A DNA stretch of 63,974 bases, filler included, from Octopus bimaculoides (taxonomy: Eukaryota), in NCBI RefSeq assembly GCF_001194135.2. It is 7 parts of 7 records of this genome, joined end to end, with 100 filler letters (N's around TTAATTAATTAA, not from the genome) between each part and the next. Parts side by side here need not be neighbours in the genome. Positions count along the whole stretch, not along the records: positions 14,899 to 24,420 come from NC_069005.1; positions 24,521 to 40,024 come from NC_068981.1; 5 more parts are not named here. One strand, given 5' to 3'. The translations under genes and the position numbers were made by a program. Below are positions 23,255-38,021 of the stretch, one piece after another. Position 1 is the first letter of the stretch. Each line of letters begins with the position of its first letter. Under the pieces are notes generated by a model, which was given only the letters and a program-made list of their open reading frames with translations, ran no database searches and had not been told where the DNA came from.

Positions 23255-23570
23255 GGAGTGTCAAGGCTCACAATTGTGAAGTTGTGTGTTCCATTCCTGA
23301 ACTGGGCTGTGTGTTGTATTCTTGAGCAAAACACTTTATTCCATGTTGCTCCAGTTCACTCAGCTGTAGAAATGAGATGCAACGTCACTGGTGCCAAGCT
23401 GTATCGGCCCCTTTGCCTTTCCCTTGGATAACATCGGTGGTGTGGAAAGGGGAGGCTCATATGCATGGGTGACAGCTGGTCTTCCATAAACAACCTTGCC
23501 CAGACTTGAGCCTTGGATGGTAACTTTCCAGGTGCAATCCCATGGTCATTCATGACCAAAGGGGTCCTTA
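23255..23570 (+). mobile_element. tRNA-derived SINE family C
   Basis: ggctcagtgg...cttgagcaa.acactttatt..cacgttgctccagttcactcagctg...aaccttgccc.gacttg...gtgcaatcccatggtc; also 8545-9010 (+, fragments), 34040-34370 (-), 44180-44550 (+). Confidence 0.8.
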
Positions 23571-23649
23571 TATATATATATATATCTCATTGACCACGTC
23601 AGTGATTTTGATTTTGATTTCACTTTCCTCAATAGGTCTTCGCAAGCAA

Positions 23650-24050
23650 AGTTTATTGTCCAATGAATGAGGGGTATTCATAAGTGGGCTGGTTACACCC
23701 ACTGGCATAGGCCATGGGCCATGGTCTCACTTGGCTTGTCTCCAAAGCATATCTCCAAAGGTCTCGGTAACTAGTCATTGTCTCGGTAAGGCCCAGTGTT
23801 CGAAGGTCGTGCTTCACCACCTCATCCCAGGTCTTTCTGGGTCTACCTCTTCCACAGGTTCCCTCAACTGCTAGGCTGTGACACTTTTTCACATAGCTGT
23901 CCTCATCTATACACAACACATGACCATACCAACGCAGCTCTCCCTCTTGCACACCTCATCTGCTGCTTCTTATGTCCAACTTTTCTCTCAGGGTGCTTAC
24001 ACTCTGTCATGTATGCACACTGACATTAACATTTCACTTAATGTCTATGT
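23650..24050 (-). mobile_element. RTE/RTEX LINE 3' fragment
   Basis: LRWYGHV...VEGTCGRGRPRKTWDEVVKHDL...RDLWR. Confidence 0.85.
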
Positions 24051-24420
24051 TCCAAGCTGGGATGGGTTGGAGAGTTATTAATGTAGAAAATTGGTATCTC
24101 AGCTACTAGCAGTTGAGACCTGCATAATCTAGATAGCATTTTAAAATTTCATTATTCTCTATAACCCAGGCAACGCTGGGTATATCTGTTAGTATATATG
24201 TATGTGTGTGTGTGTGTTTATGTTTCTGTGTTGTCCCCCACCAATGCTTGACAACTAATGTTGGTGTGTTTACATCCCTGTAACTTAGCAGTTCAGCAAA
24301 ACAGAACAATAGAATAAGTATGAGGCTTACAAAGAATAAGTCCTGGGGTTGATTTGTTTGGCTAAAGGTGGTGCTCCAGCATGTCCACAGTCAAATGACT
24401 GAAACAAGTAAAAGAATATA

Positions 24421-24520
24421 NNNNNNNNNNNNNNNNNNNNNNNNNNNNNNNNNNNNNNNNNNNNTTAATTAATTAANNNNNNNNNNNNNNNNNNNNNNNN
24501 NNNNNNNNNNNNNNNNNNNN
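24421..24520. other. Artificial scaffold join
   Basis: Same 100-bp spacer. Confidence 0.95.
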
Positions 24521-24570
<50 letters not shown>

Positions 24571-25165
24571 AGATTTAGTTGAATTAGTTACTTATGTTGA
24601 GGCACTAAGTCAGTGCGGTAGTGTCCGTACAGCTCAAAGTAAGGTGACTAAAATCAAAATAAGTAACAGGATATCAAGAAGTGATGCAATACCACCGTTT
24701 TCAGCGGCTCCATTTAATTGAACAATGCAATCATTATATCAATTTAAATGCAGGGTTATCCTCAGCTGCACGAATGACTAAATAGAATTTTAATCAGTCG
24801 GACACATTAATATAATTTTACTCAAATACTCTAATGGTGCAAGAAATGTATGACGTTTGTTGGGTCATAGCTTCTAGAGGATTGTTGTTCATTTTAATGT
24901 TTTAGTCTATCAACTACTAAATCTAAGACTATAGAGAGTTACTTTATACTACTCCTAAAATCTTGAAGATATTTATGACCATACCTAGCTATGAGCTGTC
25001 AACGCATTCCTGCCCTCCATTCTAAACAGACACAGTCCTCTAATCTTAGATTTAGTAGTTGATAAAATTACTAAAAATTAAAAATGAACCACAATACTTT
25101 ACAAGCTATCACTCCAACAAACTTCATACATTTCTTGGAAGTGTATAAGAATATACTATTCTTTG

Positions 25166-25210
<45 letters not shown>

Positions 25211-25866
25211 TCAATATTTACTTTTTATACATGCTAGGCCACTGGTAGGGAAATTTCTANNNNNNNNNNNNNNNNNNNNNNNNNNNNNNNNNNNNNNNNN
25301 NNNNNNNNNNNNNNNNNNNNNNNNNNNNNNNNNNNNNNNNNNNNNNNNNNNNNNNNNNNNNNNNNNNNNNNNNNNNNNNNNNNNNNNNNNNNNNNNNNNN
25401 NNNNNNNNNNNNNNNNNNNNNNNNNNNNNNNNNNNNNNNNNNNNNNNNNNNNNNNNNNNNNNNNNNNNNNNNNNNNNNNNNNNNNNNNNNNNNNNNNNNN
25501 NNNNNNNNNNNNNNNNNNNNNNNNNNNNNNNNNNNNNNNNNNNNNNNNNNNNNNNNNNNNNNNNNNNNNNNNNNNNNNNNNNNNNNNNNNNNNNNNNNNN
25601 NNNNNNNNNNNNNNNNNNNNNNNNNNNNNNNNNNNNNNNNNNNNNNNNNNNNNNNNNNNNNNNNNNNNNNNNNNNNNNNNNNNNNNNNNNNNNNNNNNNN
25701 NNNNNNNNNNNNNNNNNNNNNNNNNNNNNNNNNNNNNNNNNNNNNNNNNNNNNNNNNNNNNNNNNNNNNNNNNNNNNNNNNNNNNNNNNNNNNNNNNNNN
25801 NNNNNNNNNNNNNNNNNNNNNNNNNNNNNNNNNNNNNNNNNNNNNNNNNNNNNNNNNNNNNNNNNN

Positions 25867-25901
<35 letters not shown>

Positions 25902-26214
25902 TTTACTTGGAAATGTATGCCTGGCGTTCAATCAAATAATAATATGAATAATACACACACTCACACACCTACACACACACACATACACATGCATATAAGG
26001 GTACAGAACATCACCAACAGTAAACAACATGAAATACGAAAACAATTGAGTATAGTACGCAAGCAACGAGAGAAACAAATGGAACACAGGACAAGTAAAA
26101 TAAACAACGACTTTTCATCAGTTGTCGACTGTCTACTCCTCATTTCGAGCATTGGACAACAATATGAATCTTCGAAGACAGTTTCTCCCATAGTACCAAA
26201 ATAAAATTTAGGAT

Positions 26215-27640
26215 TTATGGATGGTCAAATAGACAGCCTCTCTGTGATGTTGTTTATACTTTCTGTAAACCCCTTGTCATTCATATTAAAGTAGTCAGAA
26301 GGATTTGAGTGTTACCACTATATCTGACGATTAATGTTACAGGTATCTAGAAGTGGATGAATATATATCTTACAATGGTACCAGTAACAAAACACGTGTA
26401 AGTAAAGAATATTACAGCCGAATAAAGAAAATTTGGACCTCAGAACTCTCTACACTATAAAACAGTGGCCCACAATGTGTTTACAGTGCCAGTACTCATA
26501 GGAACATTTGAACTGCTTGACAGGACGCTTGATTAGATCCGAGCCCTTGACGTGAAAACCCGAAAAATACTAACAAGCACACATAATTTCCACCTAAAAC
26601 GAAAACAAAGCGACAGAGGCTTAACATCGATCCAAAATGCCTTTGAGTGTCGCATCATATCCCTTCGGCAACATCTTTTAACCACCAAGCGTCGAAGTTG
26701 ATCAAGTTTGCATATATGACGCTAATAACATCATAAGACTTGGAAAGCAGCTCCCTGAGAAACACTGATAACCTAGACTAGATATCCGAAGAATTTGCAC
26801 GACTGTACTGCAACGCATCATCAGATGAAAGGATGACCCTATATGAGTAGAAGACTAGGCATGGATGTGTTAGCAGAAAGCTCTGTGATGATATTAACAC
26901 CGATCATCAAAGCAGTTTATCATGGACCAATAGCTGGATTACTATCTCCCACTTTGAAGGGTATGAGGTTGCAATTCAAGAACAGGAAATATCAACCTGA
27001 TGCACAAAAGGGACAGAGATGCAGAAAAAGCCGTAAAATGTGATAACCGATGCAGACTTTGTGGAGTTCACACTGAAGATATCACCCACATTATAAGCAG
27101 CTGTCCGAAAATTTCATCACGATTGTATCTACCGATGAGACATGACGTTGTAGTAAGGACACTCTATAATGAAAACATTGGAAGGATTACTCCGAGTTCA
27201 AAAGACTAAGAACCCACAGTATGGAAGAAGCTATAGCCACTCATAACAAAAAGGAGTACTGGTGGAATGTCCCAGTGAAGACTTCAATAAGATGTAAGCA
27301 CAACAGACCTGATATAATGATTTGGGATAGAGGAGAGAAATTTTGCACAGTTGCGGAAATTAGCTGCCCAGCAGAGGTTAACACAAAGGTGAAGATCAGT
27401 GAAAAAAAACTATGCTGGATTATTGAGAAATCTACTGTTACTCAAATCCAGGTTACAAGTTCAGATTTATGCATGTAATGATTGGGGCTCTTGGATATGT
27501 AACACACTGCTTAAATACCAATCTTGGGAAATTAGGCTTCTCAAAACCAGAAAGGAGAAAGCTAAGTCGAAGACTACAGTTCTAATCCATCACTGGAACT
27601 GTAAAGTCTGTAAAACGTTCCAGAAGTTTATCATTTAAAT
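26215..27640 (+). mobile_element. Decayed R4-clade non-LTR retrotransposon (RT C-terminal half, CCHC knuckle, restriction-like endonuclease)
   Basis: DSLSVMLFILSVNPLSF; LDVKTRKILT; CRLCGVHTEDITHIISSC; KHNRPDIMIWD...EISCP...K; stops and frameshifts. Confidence 0.85.
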
Positions 27641-30600
27641 ATATGTTTAAGTGATTTAGCATTTAAATATATAGTTGCATATCTAGATATACAACTATAT
27701 GCATGATAATACATACATACATACATACATACATACATACATACATACATACATACATACATACATACAGGGGTACGCACGTACGTACGTACGAAAATAC
27801 CCTGTTGATGTTGAGATTCCAATGAAAAGGACTTGGATTTAGGTTAGAAACCGGCTCTTTCTCTATTGGCAAGAAATCTTGAGATAAACTGAATAATGAC
27901 ATACATACATACATACATGCATATATACATACATATGCGCATATATACATGCATGCATGTAAACTCAGAGAGCGATTAAGTGCTTGTGAGCATGAAAGAA
28001 GTGGACAAATCTACCGATCTGGCCTCACATCAATATATTTTTAGAAGTTCTGATGCTATAACTGTAAGTGGGTGAGTAGTTAGTTAGTGAGTAAGTGAGG
28101 ACGTGAGGACGTGACCGAGTGACTGACTGACTAATCGAATAAATGAATGAATTAATGAATTGGCGAGTGAATGAATAAATGAGTGAGTTGCAGGGTGAGA
28201 GAGTGACTATTTTTACCTTCTGCATTAAGAGGGCGAGCTGGTGGGATCGTTACAGCACCGAGCAAAGTGCTGAGCGGCATTTCTTCCGTCTTTACGTTCC
28301 GAACGCAAATGTTCCCAAGGTCAACTTTGGCTTAACTCCTTTCGGGATCGAAAAAATAAGTACTAGTGGGACCGATGTATTTGACTTTCCCTTTCCCTGC
28401 CAAAATTAGAAAATAATATTTCCTTGTGTATTAGTTGTGAATTATATCTCTCTTAATCCCTGACCAAGCAGACATAGGATAAAATATCTTCCTATGTTGG
28501 AATTATACTATTTGTTTCTTTTCTTTCATAGTAATTCAAAAACTTATATTCTACAGTATCGTTTCTTTATCTAAGACATTCCTGTGTGATCAGAGCGGTA
28601 TTTATTTGTTATTTCTAGCAGCTATGTTGACCATGTAAGAACTATCTCATTAGCCGGTATTAAATTGATATTCTTCATGACATCTACATTGTCATGTATT
28701 ATTAATTTTCGACTCATTTTGTGCTTTCCAGTTGTTAAGTTAAAATAACCTTCTATTTATATACCAAAGAATATACATTAGCAAAAATAAGAAGGAAAAA
28801 AAAGCATTATTAGACAAATGTCAACAGTAATCCGATATATCAGGAATATATACACACAAATATAAAGCACCTTTATTAGAAGACACTCGGCAAACAAGAA
28901 CAATCAGAAACGAAGAAGAGAAAACAACAAACAGCACAATAACACGTCATTGTAGTACCAGTGCAGACGGTTGATTATTCGATAACAAATATCTACTTGC
29001 CATTCTGTTGAGAATGTTAACTACGAAACAGGAAAATAGAATAAATAACAAGTCAATGCATTACACAGTGGAAAAAGTAAGACATATCATATCAACGTTT
29101 TGGATAATTTTCCTTTATCAAATTAGACAGGCATAGATGAAATAAAAATAATTAGTTCATGGAGAAAAATGTTCCTGGACTTAACAGTATTTCTTTGGTA
29201 ATCAATGACAGAATGGGATTGGGTAATAGCAAGTTGTTTCTTTCAGAAGAGCGAATTTGTTCAGCGGTGTGTTAAATTCGGCCATGCGCTAAAACAATTA
29301 ATGTACAAGCAAACGTGTGAGATAGAAGGCGCAGAAAATTAGTGGTAGTAGTGGTCTAGGTAGTATTGGCATATTAGCGTGTTGGAGGAGATGTGACATT
29401 GACGTAATAGAATGTATGCAGGAATAGATGTGTATGAGTGAATAATTGACATCACGTATTGTGAGTCTTAGTAAAGCATTATGTGTGTGGCTGGATCGTG
29501 TGCAGTTTCACATGTGGACGTTCACTAGTGTGCATGCTGAGATTTTATAGCAAATCTAACCAATTATTGATATTTCGATGAAAGGATACTCCCTAATTAG
29601 AAGATTAACTGTTTTTTCCTAGAAGGAACAACAAAAATAGTCATGGTATTGAAGAAGACCACACATAGGCACACACACGCGCGCACGCGCACACGCGCAT
29701 ACTCATACAACATACGCGCGCGCACGCAAAAGACGAAGGTATGAATAACCTGGACGTATGAAATTAGAGGTGAATGTTTTACTGGTGAGTTGCTGTTTCG
29801 TTGGCCATTCAAAATTTCTCAGTATCGGCATTTATCGGTTAAACTACATGTTTCTTTTAAAATGCTTTTCTATGTATAGGAGAATCAGTTCCGAGGTTAC
29901 TTTGATCGATTTATAAAGCTTTTGTTGAATGTCTAACGAAATAGCAACGTTCACTTCAAACTATTTCCTGTTACTTCGATTACCCAATTCACGCCCACTT
30001 TCCTCTTTGCTGTCTGTGGATTCAACAAAACCATTGCATTCCTTTGCAAATCTTCCGGAAATAACAGTTAATTTTCACTTAGTAAAAAAACCCACATCAA
30101 TACACATTTACTTTTCCATTATCCTCCGAACACACACACACACACATACGCATAAGGATAAACATTCACGCATGCGCTTTCAAGCATTCATTTTCCAATA
30201 GCGACACATGCATGAAAATAAAACAAAGTTGTCTCTACATACACTCCGATTTACACGGGGCTTCATATATACGTTCTATTATATAAATATCGTCTCAATC
30301 CCAACTAACTTCCATCATCTTTACTCTCTCATTTACTCACACACACATACACACACTTATTCACGCACCTAATTTGAACTTTGCATCACTATTTTCAATC
30401 AATCGCTCAACAGACTTTCCTCTGCCAGAAAAATTCACTCTCACTCTATTCTATTCCATTTATATATACTGTGCGGTCTCTGTGACATACATATGCAGTT
30501 CTCTGCACCAACTAATTTCTTCTCTTATCTCTAACCATCTGTCTTACTTGGCAAAAGATAAATTGTATGAACCATCGACATTTCCCATTTCTTTTACACT

Positions 30601-32199
30601 GCGTTACAATGATTTGGTAATATTACTTTTCGTTCTTTTTTTATTATATTTGTTTTATGTTTCTTTCAAATACTATTTTCTGGATTGACTAATAGGGTGG
30701 CTTAAGTAAGACCTCTTGATTGCAGAGCTATTGGACGTTTTATTAGGAGTTCCAGTTAACAGTTACAATTCTATTATGTCACCCAGGGTAAATTCGTATG
30801 ACGTCTTCTTTCTTCTTTTTAATCAATTTTTAACAAAATTTATGTTTCACTGCATTAACTTTATCGCCAGTCTGATTTGGGGTTGGCTTCATCTAGGAAT
30901 GCTTCTGCTTACAACACTTAATTTTCAGTTAATCGAAAAATTATTTTCTCATACTTAAATATGATTGTAGAGCTAGTGCCTAGATAGGTTATAAATTCCG
31001 AAGATATACATCCAGCATAATCTTTGTAGCCTTCATTATCTAATGTTACCAATGCGTTCGATATTTAACTTGAAATTATATTTCTTGAATCCTATTCAGG
31101 TAGAGTAACCAGGGACAGTTAACAAGAGTTTTGTATTTTGAAGGTAAAAAGAGGGAGAAAACTTTTAGCGAACCGCTTAGTATAGTGGTTACTGCTAACC
31201 AGTAATAAAAATGACAAGAAGGGTGTTATAAAGTCATTTGTCTCTTCATTTCAGAATTTTAAAATTTCTTGCTGCAATAATAGCTGATAGAACAGATCAT
31301 AGACATGAATTACTGGTTCTAATGTATTAATGTATTAGGATATGGGTGAACATGTCCTAATTATTCAAGTGGCTCCACCTTTTTAGATCTGAAGTGCAGT
31401 ATAGGGAACCTGGTTAAACTGTGGATTTTGTCTTCATCGTTGCTGTTGCTATTTTTGTTGCAGTCGTTGCTGTTACTATTGTCGTTGTTTTTGTTGCTTT
31501 ATGCATATCATTAATGATCAAACAAGTGCTGACCGGATCATCTTCATTTTCCACAGAATTGCATATTTTTGTAAGGCAAGTCTTGATAGAGTAAGATTTC
31601 AAGCAGATTTAGTTACTACATCTTGAGGATGAAGAAACCATGTACTCCTTCGCTATTTCTATTCCTTGGTGTACGATTGCTATGAAAGTTCTAATGAGAT
31701 AGAATTTTAATATCATAATATACTAAGGCGGTGAACCGACAAAATCGTTTGCACACCGGACAAAATGCTTAGTGGCATTACGCTCGTCTTGCCGTTCTGA
31801 GTTCAAATTCTATCAACGGTGACTTCGTATTTCATTCTTTCGGGGTCAATGATATAAGTACCAGTTGATTTATCTCTTTCCCCGAAATTACTGACCTTGG
31901 GCCAAAATTTTAAATCAATATCATAATATACCTTTGGACAATTGCATATGATATATGCATGAATATATGTTTACATACCGTTCGCATTATATCTTCGGTG
32001 AATATTTAGCAAAAATGTTTCTATTAGAGAGGCTAAAAATATTTCAATTAGAATGGGTAAAGATTTTTCTACAACTCAGAATTTTTTGAAAAGAGACAGT
32101 TTTATATTGTTTTTATTTCATATTGCTGATACTCCTAAGTGTTCATTTCAAGATTTCTCCCTACTAAATGCAATTGTACTAATATGATTTTTTTCAGTT

Positions 32200-32790
32200 A
32201 TACGCACAAGGCTTGAAATTTTGGAGAAGAGGGTTACCTACATTAAGCCCAGTATTTGATTGGTACTTATTTCATCGACACAAAAAGGATGGAAAGCAAA
32301 GTCGGCATTGGTGGAATTTGAACCCAGAACGTAAAGACTGATAAAATGCCGCTAAGCGTTGCCCGGCGAGCCCAGTGACTCCGTCAGCTCGCTGCCTTTC
32401 ACAGGGTTATCATTTTTTGCCAGCTGAGTGAACTGGAGCATCGTGAAATAAAGTGCTTTGCTCAGGAACAGAATGCATCGCTCGGACCAGGAATCGAAAC
32501 CACAATCTTATCATCTTGAATGCAAAACCTACAACCACTAAGACACGTACCTCCATAATTGTATTTATAATGGTTTTCGTATTTTGGCACAGGGCCAGCA
32601 GTTTGTGATAGGAGGGGTAGCTGATTTCATGGATTCTAGTTCTTGGTTGGTACTTATTTTATCGACTCCGAAAGGATAAAAGACAAAGTTGGCCCCGGCG
32701 GAATTTGAATTCAGAATGTAAAACCAAACGAAATGCAGCTAAGCATGACGACCGGCGTGCCTACGATTCATCCAACACGCTGCCTAAATC
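32200..32790 (-). mobile_element. Cluster of diverged SINEs (two family A, one family C fragment)
   Basis: Recognisable gtacttattt..tcgac..aaaggat..aaag..aaagt..gaatttgaa segments. Confidence 0.65.
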
Positions 32791-33348
32791 GTGTTTACTA
32801 TAATAACCATAAACGAGATGAATGTTCATTTCTCTCAGCTAAAGAAACCTTTTAAAAAACCCTGCCCAGTCAACTAGTCGATGAGAAGTTAGAAAAATAC
32901 ATGACATTAAATGGAAATATACTATATGTACAACAAATCTATACACTGGAATGTAAGCACAGTATCTACGTACAGAACCCAAATAGCCATGTTTAGGTTA
33001 GACAAAAGAAACATGAGAGTAAAGACAGAGTAGCAACGGTGTAAACTAGTAGTTTTCCTACGGTCGAAAGTCCACTTCACTATTTAATCATCTACGTCGC
33101 ATATACGCAGTTGCATATACTCACAGCCACACATAGTCACACTGATATATGTAACCGTCTGTTTGGGGTGTGTGCTTATGATCTCGAAGCTATTCCCGAC
33201 AGTTAGGTAAAAAAAGAAACTAATATATAATGTTGTACACAGACCAAATACTACAATACGCAATTATTGGTTTTAAACTCGCCATGGAAAACTTTTTCTA
33301 CCTGACTAGTTTACATCTACATATTCATATGAATATTTACTGATACTC

Positions 33349-33417
<69 letters not shown>

Positions 33418-33446
33418 CAAATGTCTGTGCGTATGTGCGTATGTGC

Positions 33447-33491
<45 letters not shown>

Positions 33492-34039
33492 TATATATAT
33501 ATATGTTGTGTATGTGCATGCGTGTATGTATTTTATGCAAATATGTATATGTGTGTGTGTCGATTTATTCGTGCATATATCTGCGTGGGTGCGACGTAAG
33601 TTATAAGAAACTATCAAATAATATGAAGACAGCGATGACGTCATTTCTGCTACCTCTGACCTTGCAATGATCGATTACATGTCAGTTCGGAAAAGATACC
33701 ATTAATCAAGATTTATTCAATTTATTCTAATGCCAAATAATGGAAACAAATAGAGAGAAGTAAGATCATTTTGCAGAATGTCAAATACGGCAAAAAATGT
33801 CAGTTGTCAAATTTTAATGAAAAATTATTTAAAGTTGCTTATGAAACGTTCTTTTATCTACACTTTTGACTTTTAACCTTCAAATAATCCCACGTTATGT
33901 TGTGTGATCTATCATCTCATTTACAGTGCAGAAATATGAGCACAACCAAATATATGACTTACTAACGAACACAAAACTAATGTACATGTATGTAAAAAGA
34001 AAAGACACATAGATATATACGTATTTCAGACATCCTTCG

Positions 34040-34370
34040 GTCACGAATGACCAGGGATTGCTCTTTGAAAATTCATCCCCGAGGCACAAGTCCGAGCAAA
34101 GCCATTTGTGGAAGAGCAGCGGTCACCCGTGCATACCAGCCTCCCCTCTCCGCACCACCGATGTTGTCCAAGGGTCGATACAGCTTGTCAAAAGCCAATA
34201 CAGCTTGGCACCAGTGATGTCGCAACTCATTTCTACAGCTGAGTTAACTGGAACGACGTGAAATAAAGAATGTCTTGCTCAAGAACGTAACACACAATCT
34301 GGTCCATGAATAGAACTCACAATCTTATGATTGTATGCCCGACGCCTTGACTACTGAGCCATGCGCTTTC
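34040..34370 (-). mobile_element. SINE family C
   Basis: Reverse-complement match to 23255-23570. Confidence 0.75.
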
Positions 34371-34390
34371 ACACATAAACATGTGTGTGA

Positions 34391-34477
<87 letters not shown>

Positions 34478-35726
34478 TGTGTGTGTGTACAGACAGAGTG
34501 AGAGCGAGAGAGACTTGCAGAAAGCCTGAAGAAAGCTAAGATGAGCTGTATATAGAACGAAAAGAAGAGATTTAAATTTTATACCCTGCATTATTTGGTA
34601 TATCATCGCAGCTCTACAATCAGAAATGTATCCGAAATCACAGAGTGTTGGAAAGATTTCACTTGCCTTTCGGATACTGGCGAAACGAATTTAGTTACAC
34701 AACGACTTGAAACTGCCCAACAAGTTTTGCATCTATGATGTGTGCGTCACCACAAGCCTCATTTGAGACAAGGATCATGTATCGATGACACGTCGAAAGA
34801 TATTGCTAGATGCCTATATTAAATATCAGTGATGAAATCTACACATGACGCACAAAACCGGGGAAATATGTCCTGGCTCAGTATGAAAGCACCCTTCTTC
34901 AATTTGCAATAAGATTGTCATGTGACCCGTAGATGTGAGTTCGGGCTTGTGAATCAGTTTATTTATATTGTTAGCTCTCTGTAAACACCCAGAGCACAAA
35001 AGTAAAATAGGAAACATCAGGCCATCAAAAGAAACAACCATTTTACTGTTCAATGAAATCAACTCTTCTGGAACAGAAGCTTATGTAGTTTGGGAAAATT
35101 AGAATTACCCATCACATAGTTAAATGTAATGATCGAAAACTGCAGAAAGTTGAAGTTCTGTATAGTAGAATGCTCATAGACGGTATTGCCTTCACTTTGT
35201 ATGATTGCATTACACTTTCAAAAGCAATTTTTGTCATCTGTGAAAGGTCAAATATCGGAAATCCAACATGAGATAATAATATGCATATAGCTCCAATAGT
35301 CTTGACGAATCATTGATCAGCTTTATATCCAATTGTGCATGCATTAACAGCAGGAGTGAAAACACATAATGTACAATTGTACAAAGGTATAACTGTTGCT
35401 AGTGGTGTCATTCTTGTCCAAAGCATGTGCTATCTCAATAGCAAATGATTTAAAACAAAATCTGGATTAAGTGGTTAGGTGAAGACCTCATAGATATGTT
35501 GTCAGGTTTATTACAGGTGTATGTTTCCAGTAGGAATGTGGTTATATTCCAAATAATGATCACAACTACTTTATGAATATATGTGTGTATGGATGTATGC
35601 CTGTGTATGTATATACACACACACGTGCGCAGATGATAATCTAAAATCACATGAATGTAATCCGCAAAAGGTGAGTTGACATCATATAAGCTTCATAATA
35701 TAAATATCGTCTCCCTCTTTTTCCAG

Positions 35727-35866
35727 TCCTTCTTCAAGTTCCACGCCTCCTCGCCCCAGCTTTCACCTAATGCTTTGCTGCACTGTTTATAGCTTCTGGT
35801 CTACGATGATTCTCGAAGCTCTGGGATTCCTGGTGTTCACACTGACAAGCCGTCCGGTTCACCCCG
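35727..35866 (+). CDS. Isolated candidate exon; one open frame with ATG at 35770 (MLCCTVYSFWSTMILEALGFLVFTLTSRPVHP), signal-peptide-like
   Basis: strong ctccctctttttccag acceptor and CG|gtgagt donor; GC-richer unique sequence; no partner exon found. Confidence 0.4.
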
Positions 35867-36064
35867 GTGAGTTGAAGTGATATGCATGGACATTTGAATT
35901 CTTATGCCCAGGATATTAAATGGTATTATATGAGTATATTGTGCTATTTTAGGACAATTAGCCTTCTTCTCCACTTTTGATAAAATATTCCTAAAATATA
36001 TGAAATAAAATATATACATAAAAATATTCACATCAAAATACCAAAGTACTGTTAAGAACATATT

Positions 36065-36296
36065 CTTTTATTCTTTTACTCATTTCAGTCATTTGAGTGC
36101 GGCCATACTGGAGTACCGACTTAAAAGTTTTTAGTTGAAGAAATCGACCCCAGCACTTGTTTTCTGTAAGCCTTGAATTTATTCTACCATTCCTCTTTGA
36201 TGAACCGCTAGGTTACGGGGACATAAACACTCTAACATTGATTGTCAAGCGATGGTGCAGGGGCACAAAGACACCACACATAATTATGTATGTATG

Positions 36297-36371
<75 letters not shown>

Positions 36372-36482
36372 ATTATGTATGTATGTATATATATATATAT
36401 ATGTATGTATATATACCTACATATACATAAATATATACATATATAAATAAACGCACATATACACACACACATACACACACAT

Positions 36483-36575
<93 letters not shown>

Positions 36576-36740
36576 CGACAGGCTTCTTTCGGTTCCATCT
36601 ACCAAATCCACTCACAAGACATTGGTCAGCTTGAGGATATAGTAGAAGACATTTGCTCAAAATGCCAAGCAGTGGGACTGAACCCGGAACCCTGTGGTTC
36701 GAAAGCAAGCTCCTTACCACACAACCACGCCTGAGCCTAT
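36065..36740 (-). mobile_element. SINE family B with about 290-bp expanded internal microsatellite
   Basis: 3' half at 36065-36280 and 5' half at 36575-36740, separated by TA/TG/CA arrays. Confidence 0.8.
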
Positions 36741-37982
36741 ATGGGAACGAAAATCGTTACAAATAACAATTTCATATATACTATTATAGTAAGCTACGAA
36801 ATTCTTCCATACTCTCGATTCTCAAACCCTCATGCATAAATATCGAGCAAAATCCAAACTATGTGTTTTTCCCCACAAATTCTTATGGAGTTAATGAATT
36901 AAGATCTTCCTTGTTCTGTGGGTTTGTATTCATGGGGTGTCATGAAAAAGTTTCTATTTATTCGCTCGGCCTGCTAGAAATATCAACCAGATTTTCTTCA
37001 AATGACACCGAACAATCATAAAATATAAATAAGGATGCACCAGTTAGATAATGTAACTTATAACATTACCCTACACAGAAAAAATGGGACAGAGAATTGA
37101 GTGTACTAAATAAACAACGTAGGTAATCACATCTACTATATGCATATGCGCGTGTGAATCCATGCATATTTGCATACATATATATATCCGTGTGTGTTAA
37201 GTGCGACTGAGAGGCAGACAGACCTACAACCGAATCATCAACTTTTTTTTTTCCTGTCCTTGATACTTGGGATTATATATCGTTCTCATTTGGAGACGGT
37301 TGCAGTTGCCACGCAGCATTCTTTTACTTTTGTGTCTCTACGGGAAGATAATTTCAACTAACCGAAAATTAAACTTACATTGTAATTAGGCTCTCTAAGT
37401 CGTTTCCGTTAGCTCCTTATGCGTAAGTGTACTCTTATGCGTAAGTGTACTCTTCGCTTCCAATACATGCCTAATCTCGTGACTGTTGGAGTCAAGGCTG
37501 GACAGCTGCTATGTTGGTGATGCCCATTCAGGCAAAAACCAGTGTCCACAGTATCCATCTGTCTCAATAAAATAGATGGTAGCCAACTTCGGAGAATTCT
37601 AGATTGCTGCAATTTTCTCATCTGGAATTTCCTATTTGGAATTGGTCACAATAGTTACGAGATATCTGTTTATTTTTCATTTGGAGGGAATACAACTTCA
37701 ACAATGTAAGAATTTATTCGCTGTTGACGGCCATAAATATACCGTTGCCTACTCCGAATTATGATTTTATTCATTATTAGTGTCCGTATACATGCCACTG
37801 GCAACTCATTTGTTTTTCTTCATTTATTTGTCTTAAAATTTTATATACATATACATACATACATACATATGTGTGTGTGTGTGTACATATATATGTATGT
37901 GCGTATATATGTGTATATATGTAGGTATAGATCGCTAGCCACTAAGCTTTTTTTTATTTTCTCTCCCTGCTTATTTCTGTGT

Positions 37983-38021
37983 TCCTTTCTGTCGAAGAGC
38001 GTAGGTTCGAAACGTAAAGGA
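37983..38021 (+). ncRNA. Hammerhead-like motif with variant core (CUGUCGA)
   Basis: UCCUUU-CUGUCGA-A-GAGC(GUAG)GUUC-GAAA-CG-UA-AAGGA. Confidence 0.45.

Noticed and set aside
24540-25140. Possible DNA-transposon coding remnant after the join
   Set aside because: No motif or terminal repeat could be identified with confidence.
37409-37621. Possible Tc1/mariner transposase remnant (..RLGMYWKRRV..) with a 21-bp tandem duplication
   Set aside because: Similarity is too weak and no TIRs were found.
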